Shown: positions 47,701-62,700 of the stretch, piece after piece | Layout of the letters: each line of letters opens with the position of its first letter | Position numbering within the stretch: the stretch's first letter is position 1 | NCBI GenBank assembly: GCA_030141605.1 | Contig: JAQGDQ010000509.1 | Coordinates: 95,511-159,510, forward strand | DNA: 64,000 nt | Source: Tubiluchus corallicola | Taxonomy: Eukaryota > Animalia > Priapulida | Direction: 5' to 3' | Made by a program: the position numbers and the translations under genes | The notes under the pieces: generated by a model | The model's input: the letters and a program-made list of their open reading frames with translations, nothing else | The model's database searches: none | Told to the model about the DNA's origin: nothing

Positions 47701-50700
47701 TTACCAAAAATGCCTTATCGCAAATGAAATTAATGGTCTAATTCATTTTGCAATAGGGCGTCTTATGAACTTCTTCAGATGGCTCTTAAGGAGCCTACTG
47801 CGGATTGTGGCTGACATCTAATGGAAGGCAGACGACGGCAGGAAAATGGCAAATGGATTATTTGTGTGACAGCACCGCTGGTTAGCATACGTCCACTTTT
47901 CATGAGGCGGCTTTTTCTCTTCAGGCCTTAATGTCATCATACTCAAGAGAGTTCCGCTAGAGACTGAAATAAACAGGGTTTCACATAGTTCATACACAAC
48001 GTAAATAACCCAGCCTAAACAATTTCATTTAACTAAAATTTAAGTCCCCTACTTGTGAAGCAGTGTGCATAAGTTGAACTCTTCCATCTTTTAGTGCTAC
48101 CATGTGTATTCCCATGCGCTGTAACAACAACATGTGATTTTCATTACCAGCCTCAAATTCGCTTGCTCTCAGCTTCCTCTTCCTACATAACAACAAAAAC
48201 AAAAAAGGAATTTCAAATTAATAAATTAAGAAACTGACAAACAGCTAAGTATTGTTCACATAAATCCCTCATTTAGGCAACACCTGAAACTATTAGTTCT
48301 GTTTAGACAATCTTGTTGCCTTGTTGATTTTTGACATGAAAATAAATGTTAACAAGGATTATATGACTAACTGCTAGTACTTATATACACAAAGTCAAGT
48401 ATGCATATTTAGAAAAAAAACTTTGCCCACAAATTAAGCAAAAATGCTAATCAAGGTTTTAGTTCCATCTCTAACCGGTCTAATTAAATATAGATAACAT
48501 GAAAACGAATTCCTTCCAAAATGCAAATGTCGGAGCAAAGACACAATCAAATGTGGAATGCTTTTTTAAATTAAAGCTCAGCAGTGAAATGTGGTAAAAT
48601 TATAAGCCACACAGCACACATCAACAGGAAAGTGACACATGCAGTACACTCAAAGGAAAAGGAAAATTTTTATTTTTTAGCTATGTCCCAACTACAGTAA
48701 CCAACCATAGATCATTGGTCATTTAAGTATAATATATATTCCGGATTGCCATTACATAAAAGTTAAAAAAATAAATAACAGTAATAAAATTTACATTTGT
48801 TTTGGTTTTGGACACTGGTTTTCTACCATGTCCTTCAAAGGTTCTCTGACTTGATGTGCGTAATTAACATTTCCCGAGAAAACATTTCTGGTATTCGGAC
48901 ACGTTCGTCTGTACATTTGGTGAGAGTACTTATTTGTTTCTTCAAAGTCGTCTAATTCTTCTTCTTGAAAAGTATCATATTCACCAGGCTAAAGTAAACA
49001 AATTCGACATTCAGTGACTGAAAAGTAATCAAGAGATGAGCAGTAATTGATTGTGAATAGTGAACACCTTTAGCCATGTTCTACGATAAATGCTAAATTT
49101 GAATTTCATTTATTTTATCTTTTAAGTGGACAAGTCATCTGTTGATTGATAAAGGAATAGTCAAGCAATTACAAGCAACTACTTTTATTACTCACCACGA
49201 TGAAGGAAGCATTTAGCATGCTTTTCGGAAGATTTAGAGGAATGAGATGAGCTTCAGTTGTAAAAATGTAATTATCAACATCAATTAGCAAATCATCTTT
49301 TTCAGCAAACAAGAGATAAAGATATTTGAATAGTTCAGCAAGCACAAATGAATCCATTCTAAAAAATAATGAAAAGAAAACTGTTGTTATTTGCAGTACA
49401 GAATAGAACATAAGCCAGATGTTCGTTACTTCTAGAAAGAGTGTTAATTTATAACATAATGGGTTTTCAGTTATTTCATTTGAAAATAATAAAAACTCTT
49501 CTGAAGTAAGGGAGCAAAATTAGTTTAGAATCACTAACTAACAAGTTAAAAACGTTCATAATTTGCATGGTATTAAACTCTTTATGTCGTCAGACTTTTT
49601 AGTTTAGATGTCTAGGAACACTTGAAACTGAGGAAAGCACTACCAAAAACTTTAAACCACTGGTCATGCCTTTACACCACTGGTCAGATTTCAAAGAATT
49701 TCAGTATGACACATTCTGATGGTAACAGTTTGATATTTTATTTGCACGGCACTTAAATTTTGAGCAAATTGTTATAATCAAGTTGTTTGCTTCATGAACA
49801 AGTGCTGCAGTTCTACTGCGTCGATCTAGTTGTATTCTGGGCTGGTGATATGAAGTGAGTTCAATAAATATGTCGGCTTTGAATGTCTCTCAGACAGGCA
49901 GGCAGGCAGACAGACAGACAGACAGACAATAATTTAGTAATGAAAGTGTGATAAGCGCCTCGTGTAATTGGTGAAATCACTTTAAAGTTGCAATCATTTC
50001 ACGTTTGGGTGCTCACATTTTGAACGCCTATTCGGCTTCAAGTTTATGAGCCAGCTTGCCTTTTCATGCTGTTTTCAAGTATACTTGTGCAAAATATTTG
50101 TACCTTTGTTAAACAATACTAAATCAGAGTTTTTGTCCAACATTAAAGGCAAATTGGACAAGTGCGATAATAGTAAGACAAATACAAAAATCTGGTAAGG
50201 TCTGCAAAAAAATAAGGACCTTTTTGATGATATGTAAGAGAAAACCAGAACCCAAGTCGTGACTCAGAATGGTAATTAATTACCAATCTGGAACATTCCT
50301 ATGTTAAGTGCAAGCTAATCAAATAAGGTTATACAAATGGTACCTGTCTTCGTGACTGCCAGTTCGGACATCTTTCACGCCTGCGAAACCACATGGAACT
50401 CTAGCATAATTTTCAAGATGATCCAACACGTCTTTGCCAACATCTAAATAGTAAGGATCACCAGTGGCCTGAAATAAATCAAAATCAGAGATAACACTAG
50501 TATTTTGTGTAATAAAAAACGAAACTGCATTTACATATGGACTACATTTCTATGTAATTACTGTTTGCTAGTCAATTAGTAAGGAAGCAATATTACTATT
50601 TGCAATAATCCTTATTAAAGTTCCAGTGGGTAAATGAAAAAATGCACAGTTTATAACACTGCTTACAAACAGTTCTCTACCTGCCTTAGCACGCCTACAA

Positions 50701-53700
50701 GATATTCCATTAACTTGCACAAAAAAACAAAGCATTAGTCTAATGCCTTACATTAGGATAATTTTATTTGTTTTGCTAAAGCGTTTTCATAAAATTTTGG
50801 TTTCTTTGTGTCATACCTTGCATTGTTGTAATCAGTTTTTCAGCTCACCATAACAGCGGGTTAACAATGACACTATCAACCAAAGGGGAGTATTTGCGTA
50901 TGTTAGACCGCTTACACATCACTCAAGAGATTACCCGCTTTTTGAGTTTAATATCAAAATTTAATTAATTGTGGGTTTATAACATTATGGATGTCAATGT
51001 TAATGCTAAGGCTACAGAAGAAGATTTAAAATTATATAGTACAGAGACTGAAATATGCATCATGTTCAACAGAGCATAAGAAATATAGGCAAACTTTTCT
51101 GAAAAAGCAAAATTATATACTCGCAATAAATTTTACCTTATAAATAAAATATGTGCTTTCAATGAACTCAGGTCGAAGTGGATGCTGTCCCCAATACACC
51201 TTGAACTCTGTTGTAAAAGCCTCTGGTAGGAATTTGTGCCTTCGCATTACCTGGTATAACATTTCATGTGTTTCAATTGCTGGCTTTATGTCACCAAATA
51301 ATACCTGCAACAAGGAATCAAACTCTAATTAAAATGAACAATAAGTAACAATTTTGTGTAGAAAAATAAAAAAAGAGACTCATATGTGCAACATCTAGCC
51401 ATGATCCGTTTATGTTAATAAATTCATAAGTAAGCGAACTTATTTGATATAAATCACATTATGTAATCACACAAAGATGCACACGAATTTTGCAAGAAAA
51501 TGATTGCATGACAGAAGAGTGAGGTCGTTCCATCTGTTTGTTTGTCCTGTCTATCAGTTTGCTGGGGTAGCAGTTAGCAAAAGGTAGAGCAAATGCCATA
51601 AACATTGAGAAACTGAGATAAAAAGAAGTTGGAAGTTTTGGTAATCATACGATCAACCCATCCGTCTGCAAATACACAGATAAAAGGTCTAGAGTTAAAG
51701 TCACAGAGTTATTTTTGCTCATTAGTCCATCTGAAGAAGCTATATTTTGGAAACTGATAGTTGCTATACTATCTTAATGTGAATATTGCTTAAGATTTTC
51801 TGTACTTTACGTAAAAGCTTTGAGGCCACTGGTCAAGATAATAGTGAAAAAAAGAATACACTATTATATTACTAAAAAAATGTATAGATTGGTAAGACTG
51901 TTAACCTTAAATGTCTCCCTACTTGTCACAAATGTACAAAAATGACAGGGCAGACTCAGAGGAGTCAAGAATACTGAGGTGCAGAACTGCATCTGTAGAA
52001 ACATAATCTGTCACATTCTTTCACTTCAATATAAATTTGTCCATATGAGATTTCTACATTGCAAGAGATAACACCACTTCCCATACTGTATGCTAAATAA
52101 ACTACCTTAACAGGATGTTGCCTTGCGTTGTCATGAACAAATGTTTGACAGTACTACCATTTTAGTAAACTGATATTAAGTTCTAAGAATGAACACTTTT
52201 GAACTACGGTGTAGGTAAGTGAACAGTAAAACTGCCTTTTAATACATGTAGATAACTTATATAGAAAATTAATTTGCAATTAAAAATTGTTGTTAAGCAA
52301 ATATGTCCTACTTCATTTGACAAGGAATTCAAAATGCACTTAGCCAGGGAAGGGAAAATAAATAGATAAAAATTTGTAAGCAGAAAATGAGTGGTTCAAA
52401 TTGTAGAAAAGTTTCAATGCATTTTTTATTTACCCATTTAAAAGCTTCTTAAATAATCTATAGTGCCAAACGTGTATTGATCATCAGTTTTATTTACAAA
52501 CATATAAAAGTTTCTCTTCGGTTATATAAAACACTGTATCATATGAAATTAACTTCAAGAATGTAGATCCTAATGTACCTAATGACAAAAACTGAAAATA
52601 CATAATGCAACTCAGACAGCTAATTTTGCTGTGTAGGAGAGCATTGCCAGAGGATCATGAAGCCGTATATAACATCAATCCCATGGTGCACAATGGAGTT
52701 GATTGTCTCATTAACGAGAGGACATATCGACATATAGTTACACGTCCATATAATTATCCGTATGTGATGCAAATTAATGACAAGATAGTAAGTGATTTTG
52801 TCTGTGTATGGCATAAATATCAATTGCGGCATTATGTTTCAAAAACGTATGTTAATGATTAAATGTCCTTCAAAGAAATAATGATTATGTAAGGTCAGCG
52901 ATTCGCACTGAATTTGACTCACAAAATTGACTTAATAGTTGAGATGAGTAATCATAATTTATTCATTTTTTATGCACTGAGAAATCATGAATTAGGTGTA
53001 ATTCAGATCTTCTAGCAAAGTGAAGTTTGAGATGGGAGTTCAAGGTTGGTACAAAAATTTAACATGCTATATAGTACAACTAAAGCTAGCTTTTAAAATG
53101 AAGCTACAATGAACAACTAACACAGGTGAACAATTCTGAAAAATTTTGACAGGCATCCTTTCTAATGATTACAATCCTAGATGGAAGACAAACAGCTCTT
53201 GGCAGATTTGGTCGCATACACGTTGACCATCAAAACTTAAACCTCTTTACTGACATGCGCAACCACATGAAGAAAGAAATCCTGCCTGAAGAAAGGAATA
53301 TAACTCAGTGCATTGGACTGACCAGGCACGAAGGCCCGAATCCAATACTTCCTAAACATTATAAGCTATTGGACATAAAGGTTAGAAACATTCATGACAT
53401 GTAAATAGTTAAGTAATTATTGGTCTTAATCTGAACTGTGCAAGAAAGTATAGGGTTATAAAAGATTTTTTGTGTATTTAGGTAATACTTAGATTTAGAT
53501 GTTGGTCACCCAAACAAGTACTGTTTGAAACTGAACAATGTGCAGGCAATGTTTCACAGCTGAGCAGAGATGAAGTAAAAGAGTTGCTGACTGCACCAAC
53601 ACTGGCACAACGTTGTTTGTTCGGTGACAGGGTGCTGATTGATTACATTCCATATAAGACTATTCCAGAAAACTATGCCATGATTATGGAAAACGAAAAT

Positions 53701-56700
53701 CCAGTAGCATTTAGTAATTCTTCGAGAACATCCATAAGCTTTGGAACTTCTTATGAGTTAACGATAGGCACAATCAGATATAAGGTAGACATTTATGCCA
53801 AAAACGACACAGAGTCAGTGGCTCATTTACTAGCACAAGTAAAATACGCAGCAGAAATGTATTCAGATAAAATAATTATATTTCTTCCATGTTTCACAGC
53901 AAAATATACTTATGATTCAACAGAAAGAAACAGAATAGAATCAATGGCAACCAAAATTGGTCTTGTTAAAGAAAATGTATCTGGATTAAAAGATCCACAC
54001 ATCATGACACTAGAAATGCTAATAGATCATCTACAGAATTTCACTGATTAAAAACATATGAGTTATACTGAATCAAAAACAGGTAATTAAACAGTAAATT
54101 AAAATCGTAAAACTTTTACATAATTTTCCCACATTACATACGATTGCTGTTTATATAGTTTTAAAAATTAACACAAAATTTTCGCATATTAGATAAATTT
54201 CCATCCATGTATAAGTGTAAATTTAACCTCACTATGCAAGAGAGTCATGTGTGGAAAGATACGAGGGCATGTTTCTAAGAATGCTACATGTGTTGAGAAA
54301 GGTCGTAACATAGAACTAATATAGCTCATTTTGACTAGCGTTTTTCTCAGTGCTATAATAAGTGCATTTTTAATGTTCAGTGAAAATGGATTTTGTCTTC
54401 TAAATCATTCAAGTGTTTTCACTGGTGACTACGGAGTAGAAAGAAAAAAACCTCTATTGCAAAAAGTTTTTTATCGCTGTAGTGAGAGGAATTGTTGGTG
54501 GCATTTTTGTCATTTTCATGAGTGATTAGAAGAGCGATATTGCTCCTCAAAGTGATTAATATTTTTAAAGGCGGTTTTTCCGCACCATCGTTGCAGCGAT
54601 CTCTTGCCAGTGCAATTTACAAAAGTTTTTTCTCACTGTGGTAATAGACGTTTTCACAGGCGTTTTTGTTGTGATATTGCCAACAGCAATAAACTCGCTG
54701 CTTTTAGAAAATCGCTAGTCAGAATAGGCCTTAAACATTTGATCTAGTCTGTGTGTATACTATACCTGCAGACCTGGCCAAAAAGCAAGAAGAGAGTTCA
54801 TGAAATTCTTAGCAGCAGTATTTGGGCGATGCATATGCACATCCAGTAACATGGGTCCTTGACTTACATACTTCATTATGGCATTGTAATGCTGCAGAAT
54901 AAAACTAGAAAAGTTAGTAATATGAAAGGTAATAAATGCTTCATCTGATAAAATTTGTTTTATCTAGGTATGTTCTACTCTGTTTCAGGTATACTGAAAA
55001 TGTGCTACAGCTAAGTATGTATTATAATTGTTATGTCAACTTTCTAGATTCCTTGTTATAGGTCACAACTGTGCCAAGTCTGCCCCAGCACCACCACAAA
55101 ATTCCAAAATTATCACTGTTTAACTTGTCTCATGACAAGTTTTGAAACAATGTACTACACTGAGTAGTTGCATTCTTTCTTACCAAAAATCACACTTTTT
55201 TGAGCCCCACCCACAGAGGTTGCTGAACTAGAACTCTACACCAGTTATCACTTTACCTATGTTTAGGCAACCAAGTGTAGGAGACAGCTTCCAAAACTTA
55301 TTGCAAAAAATGACCTTTGACCTTGAAGCACCCACCCAAGGTCACGGATAAACCAACAGAAATCATTCCCGTGTTTGGGCCAATAAGCTGTCAAAGTTTC
55401 TTTTTCCAGCTCTTCATAGTCTACCAAGTTATTAACTGATACCAAAGTCGTAACAGAAATAAATAAATGATAAAAAACGAAAGCAAAAGCATTCACTGTA
55501 CATTGAAATACCAACAAGCAAATCTGCTGTTATAATAGGGTCACTTACTTACTTGGATATGTAGTGCTATTGACCAGTGCTATATCACAGAAGCCAAGTT
55601 TTTATTTTTGTTAATGGTAAGTAGCCTGTAATAGATGCTCTTAAAATGCATACATGTGACTGTTTGTCTGCAAATGAAATTACACTAATAGATATTAATA
55701 CATGTAATCAAATTCTGTGTCTTGCTGTAATGTATTAAATTAGAGGAACATTTAAAAATCAAACTGTAGTAAGTCAACATAATTAAAAAGTTGATACAGC
55801 ATTTTAGTGTGGTATAACTTAAATGAAATGAAAATAAGAAAAAGGAAATAACATTACTGTTATTGTGGTGGCCATATTTTATTGTATTTTGTTTAAATTG
55901 CTAACTGATGTTATTTTGATTAATGTATTTTTAATCAGAAAGCAGATAAGAACAACTGCAGTCAGGCACACAAAATATTAAGTGTTAGATATAGCTAGGT
56001 AAATAGCATACATTCTTTTCCTACAATTTTAAAGAATGACATCTCTGTTTTTAACAGTTGAGAAACTACTTCTGTACTTCTGGTCTATTTCAATGGTCTG
56101 CTCCAACTAGTTTCTTTTGTTAGAGAGTGGCAAGTTCTGACTTTTCTCATAGTACTATCCTTGACTATGAGTCAGGTTCAGGTCTTACCACAATCATCAA
56201 TATCAGTAAATTTAGCATAAGGTCCCAGATACCTGCAAGCAGTATGTTGGACAGTTAAAATTGTTTACTGAATAGCACAAATAATATTGCTTTCATTTTA
56301 TCTCCATTCAGAAACTTTTGCAAATAGATTTATCAACACCTACGAACTTTGTATATTAACTGTATTAAAATGTACATGTACAAAATGCACTGTATTAAAT
56401 TGTATATTAACTGTATTAAAATGTACATGTACAAAATGCACTGTATTAAATTGTATATTAACTGTATTTGTGTATTAAAATATACAAAACTAGGTCGCAT
56501 CCACACCATACCCAAATTTAATACGTATGTCTTAAGAATTGCAGAATAATGGAACATAACTTTACGTCATCTTGCCAGAGCTCGAAAGTCATTCTCTAGT
56601 GGCCAATACCAGATCATATACACAAAGTCTAATTTGATAATGTCAGTGACTTGAAGAACACACACGTTATATGACAGAAGGGAAGTAACATTTTTTGAAC

Positions 56701-59700
56701 AGAAAGGACTGTGAAATATACTAGTGAAACTCTTACCATATTTATGTCTAATTTGAGAGTCTTCTCAAACCTTACTTTGTGGTGTCATTACAGTTAGTAT
56801 CTCTGGGATTTATTATATTCGACGGTTATTATAACAAAAATAAGAACTTCTGTGTAATGAATGCATGTCCACTGGGGAGTGAATTCTAGATTGGCGTATT
56901 TTGCTACAAGTTTGTGCTTCATATCTAATACGATCCAATACTGATTACAGGTATGTTGCTATTACTTTCTTATGGTAATTTTAAGAACAAAAATACTCAA
57001 CTTCTCACCTATCACATTTATCATACTATAATTTAGTTCTGCATGTTCTTTTTTTTAATTTAAAATACAAACCTTATCAAATCTTTCAAGATAGGTTTCA
57101 TCTCCTAGCAGAATGTAAGCTTTCAGCAGATATTCATAGTAAGAATCGATACCTGCTCCCACACCACTGTCTATGATGAAAACAGAAGTTCAAAAATTTA
57201 AATAACAACTGATTATTATGTATCCAAGAACGAGCAAATCTATTAGACTTTTTAAAGAAGACATCAGCGCTAGAACAATCTATAAGTTGCATTATTCAAC
57301 AGAACAAAAAACTAATACGATATACAATTATTGTAACATCAATAATTCTTATTAAATATTTACCTCGCCTAACCCACTCCCCATTATGAACATTAAAAAC
57401 TGTGCCCATGAGATGACTAGTTCTGTGTCTTTGCTGCCAGAGAAACTCCATTGCTTTGTGAGCCTTTTCTTCATAGATAGGATTTCCTGAAAACACAGAT
57501 ACATGCTAAAGCAAGAACTTTCTTATTGTTAGTAAATACATTTCAAAACTAAAAAAGGTAACCAGTTTCCTGTGAATCTGACGGTGATCAATTTACTGCA
57601 CAACAAGCAGACACAGCATTGACGGTTTGGATACCCAGATACATACATGTATAGAGAAATAATCTTCAAATCTTCAAATAATGTTTCAAGTGAGTTTTAT
57701 AATATTAGAAGTTGATATTAATTATGTGTTGGCACTCTTGGCATCATATATATTGCGGATGCTTACACAAAATGATCCTTGTGTGCTCAAATACTTGCGC
57801 TAATAAAACCACTTGCGGACTTGCGAGCAGTAGAATGAATGTCTAAGCATTTCTGCAGAATTATGCAGTTACTGTGGTCGATTTCGTTCTATAAATAGAT
57901 GTAATGCTATGAAGATAAGAACTACTGGTTTTCGAGAAGTATTACTCACTGCTCTGTAGACTCTCAGTCTCAGCCTGGACTACGCCACTTAATAGTTTAA
58001 ATGTGTTACCAATGCTGACAAACGAGTTCAGAATTTGGCTTCAAATTAATAATTACTCTGGCAAGAGGTTTTGCCCCTTAGGCTAGTCACCAACAGTACA
58101 GGTCCTAATATCTCATAAATTTCAAGGTTTAATTATATTATAGCATTCATAAATACTTATAAGTAGTTAAGCGATATGGAACGCAAGAAGTGGCTAGATG
58201 AGTGAGACATTTTTTGCAAAATGATAGCATCTATTTTTAATATTGTAACAAAGAAAAATGACAATGAGTTTTTTGTGGTTTAAATGAGCCAAACAAAATT
58301 AAGAGCTCCTTTTAGCATATGTAGCCAACAAATTTCAAGGAATTGAAGTGGCTAGATGATTAAGACATTTTTTGCAAAATGATAGCATTTATTTTTAATA
58401 TTGTAACAAAGAAAAATGACAGTAAGTTTTTTGTGGTTTAAATGAGCCAAACAAAATAAAGAGCCCCTTTTAGTATAGGTAACTAATAAATTTCAAGGAA
58501 TGGCATCTATCTTATCGTGCTAAGCATCACAGTTTTAAATCAAATAAATGCATTTTTAAAATTAATTAATATTTGTGAGGATAGTGGCTATATTGCCAAT
58601 CAAAATACATGTAAGATATTAATAAACTTTTAGAAGTCCAGCCTTAGAAATTTCAAAAAGCTTTTCCTTTCAAACATCCAGACCTTTGCAGCAACCCAGT
58701 TCTCTGCCCAATTCTCTTACAGAGCAATCCAACTCTCTTAGACCATCACCGGGATGCCAACTTATAGTTCTTGGGACATTTGTAAGATAACCATCTGACA
58801 TAAACTAAGTTATTTAAATATGTTCCCCAGACCATTGTTGCACATAGGTTTTAATTATAATATTTGCATTAACTTCTCTTTTTCTTCACAACTACATCAT
58901 TTGTTAAGTGCAAGTCAAATTTAACAAAATGTAACAATTCTATCAAAAGTAATACTAAGAAGTAATACCTGTGAGTCTACTCAAAGCAGCAAACTCGAGC
59001 ACCATTGTTCCAGCACAAGCTGTACATGTCTCTCGGTCAACTTTGGGCAAATTCTTTAATCCCGTCTTTAAATTTATCTAAGCAAGATAACAAAACTACA
59101 TTGTACTTCATAGCAGAAAACAGTACTTTTAAGAGGCATCCATCGCACCAGCTATTTTGAGCTTAGAAGCGCCTTTCATTGTACTTCCCACTTGCCAAAA
59201 TCATTATTCGTGAAATGGTTAGTTCCTTGAGAGTAAAAATTCACTGTTCGGAAAGCAAGTAAAAAAGTCCTTAAGTAACGAACGACTAGTAAACGAATAA
59301 AGTAATTTAGAAAGTAAAAATAGAGTTTTTCTTTCAAATTCTCGATTTTGCTTTCCAAAATTTCTTCCAGGCTCTAATGCCAGGCAGATGCCAGTATTAG
59401 TAACATAATCACATGTGCTCTCTTACTGGATGATCAGTAGTGTTCTTAACCAACCAACTTGCTAGTCACACTTAGCTGTTACTGATCCCACGATATTTGT
59501 TTTCAGCGTTGGCGTTTATACGATTATTAATGGAACATATGGATAAATTGAGGATTCATAATGTACAAAAAACAACTATACAATAATAGTTAACTATATG
59601 ATAATTTAGTAAATCAAAACAAAAAACTAAAAAAACAAAGTGAAAATGTTAAAAAATTGCACACTGAAAAAAATTAGCACATTACTGCTAACCAGTGGGA

Positions 59701-62700
59701 AGTAAGCACACAATGAATTCACAATACAGGTCGAAGTGTGCTGGTCGCAGTCCCCTGCAAAAGCAGCAATTTCCAAAAAAACACTCATGATGACTTGATG
59801 GCAATAAGGTTTGATTCTGCACATGCAGAAAATAGTGACATTTCACTGTGTTTTAATAAATTTAATTTTCCACTTTTGCTGATATAGATACTTAATAAGT
59901 GCAATATTATACAATAATTTGCTGCAGTGTACAGTAACTTTGTGCTTTGGACGATTTGGCGAAAAAAATAATTTGGCAGAAAATACTGCACTTTTAGCCT
60001 CGAATATGATAATCAGCATCATTCAAAATAGCAAAACTGCTTGTTTCAGTTATGCTTGGTCACAACAGAATACAAGATCCACAAATATCCAAAAATCTCT
60101 GGCCATTGATCAGCACTGCATAGTTTGCGAAATTATAAAAGGACTCATCCGTACCTACTACCTATTAAGTAATACTTAAAGTTTAGTGCTTAAAGCCTTA
60201 CAGGTAATATAATTATATAGAGCTACATAATTTCTTACTGTCCGAATTTTAGCATAATCTACTGTATTTACATTGAAACTGGTCAAACAGTAATTAAACT
60301 AGGAATTGTAATGTCAGTCTACACACAACAAAAATGTATGAAAATTAACACTTTAATATTACAACAATTGCTATGTTTTTATTGCTCTTCTGGATAATTG
60401 AAACATAGGTATTGATAAAAACATATTGTTACTTAATAATGCAACTCAACTGCCTGTCTTCATCATCACTGTGTTCACCTCATCATCACTAATATAAGTA
60501 ATACCAGTGATTCACAGGGTTTGATATTGTGAATAGCTTTTCTTTATTCAAATGTAAAACAATGGAAAATAAACTCGAGATAATTACAAAGTTTTGTAAT
60601 TACAATGCAAAGGCAGGATGATTATAATTATTCCGAAAACACTAACATAAGTGCACACCTTACTACTCAATTTCAAGACAACATTTAGACATTCCATCAG
60701 ATTCCACTAATACCAATAGATATGATTTATTATCACATGATAAATAAATTCTAAAATGATGAATTGAAGTTTACACATACCCTAGGGTACGGCACACCTG
60801 AGGTGGTGTTAAATGCTGGTAAAAGACGATCACCTATGTCCTTGGCCATAGTCAGCAGTTCGTCACTGTACCATTTCATTCTTCCATAAGAGTCCCGTAA
60901 CCATTCGCTAAACACGTGACCACCAATAAGCCCTCTATGAATGATAATTATCACGTTTCAGTTATCATTATTATTGATTCAAAGTCACACAAGGAACACT
61001 GTATCATATATTATTACTACAAATGCTTTCCTACAATCAACTACGAAAAAGGACTTTTAAATATTTTTACCACTTTGAATTTTGGTTAGCTACGCAACAA
61101 TTTGAAGATATTCAACAGTTCGTATCCCAGATATGTTGACTTATCAGTAATAGAGCAATAGCAACCAATAACTGTTCAGTAATAGAACTGTTGTTCCTAA
61201 TAAAACAGGTACAACTTTACATGCAAATTCTAATTATATTTTAAAAACAAATTGAAACGTTAATTCGGATAGAATAGAAATCCATTAAAAAATTATTGTC
61301 TTAATGCATACTTATTTAACTTGATGATTGCAACTTTATTTGTTTTAATTCCATAAATATCATTGTTAAAACTGTACATAATAAACTAGCAGTGGTCTAT
61401 TAATTAGTTACCCAAGGATTCTTATGTTAGTCTCAAACACTGATACGATCACGTCAGTATCAAAAGCAACATCTTTGATGACCAACTTTACCGCTTTCTC
61501 AAATTCTGCAAAATTTCCCAGCACCTGTAACACAATAGTGAAAAATTAAACAAAGGTTACTTTTTAAACAAAAAAGTTAGGGCAAATTGCAAATTATAAC
61601 AAAAAATGAAGCAAAAGTTTTGTTTAATTACTATCTGAAAAACATAAACATGGACTTACAGTAGCCAAATATAAAGACAAATAAACTCCTTTCACAGTAC
61701 AGCGACAGGCCAAATTAGTACTTATGCATTACAAACAGAAGTTTTAAATGTTACAGAATGTGATTTATTTTGCTTTTGTAATCTGTTTGTTTTGCAATCA
61801 ACCTTAATTCTAGCCCCAGTGGCTCAATACTGTCCAATTCAGACAGCCAGAGTACCAACGCCTCTCTTTGCTAAATTTTGAAGTTTTGCTAAGTTAATGT
61901 CTTCTTTTAATTTTGGCAATTAAACTTCATAAACTTTATGACCAAATTTTAATACTGGTTGAAAACAGATGAGAGAATTTTTATGTTCTAAAGAAATTTC
62001 CCTTAAACACGGTACATTAAAATACTGGATCTGGAAATTGAAAATTTAACTAATAGAATTTAGACTGTGTTTAGCTAATGGATAATGGATACGTCACTAA
62101 TTACATCATGAAAACAATTCGATTAATTTGTTTACATTACGAGAGTGAAAAAGCACAACAGCTTTGAAACAGAGCAGCGACAGACCTCTATGTTACCAAG
62201 ATTACTGTTCATTGTTTAATATCATTTGCAGGCAAATGACAGCATAGCTATTCTAGCACAAACTGAAATACAAATGGATTTTTTTTGAAAATTAATGAAA
62301 CAATTTTATATATTAATCATTGGCATAAGTACTTACAATCAACGTGTCCAGAGAATCAACCAGCGAAAGGGAAAAGCTGTAAAATTAACAAAATGTTGAA
62401 TACAAGTATGTGATTCTGACAGACTACTAAGATTCGTGTTGACTAAAGTCCGTTGCTTTTTCAATGAAAACATGACAATCACCAAATTATTGAAATCAGT
62501 GACAAAAATAGTCAAATCTCAGTATCTCAGTTTATTAAAAGCACTTTTTCTCATGTAACACTACTAACATAGCAACATCAACCTTTTTTCTGTTCATCTT
62601 ACAATGAAACAAAATGATACTGAATTTGACTTACTTTCCAAGGGATTCGTCAACATCTCCTCTACTGGGTTCAGAACCACGATACCGCCCTTTACAGCTA

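Noticed and set aside
47405-47880. TAAGGCA-rich segment with weak terminal symmetry
   Set aside because: Probably an old MITE, but TIR and TSD could not be defined.
55263-55517. Protein-like ORF ([21 protein letters not shown])
   Set aside because: Opposite strand shows TGACCTTTGACCTTGA...CAAGGTCA typical of a non-coding interspersed repeat; flanking EDEM3 exons join without it.
56287-56557. Repetitive ORFs on both strands
   Set aside because: Artefact of the 51-bp (3n) tandem repeat.
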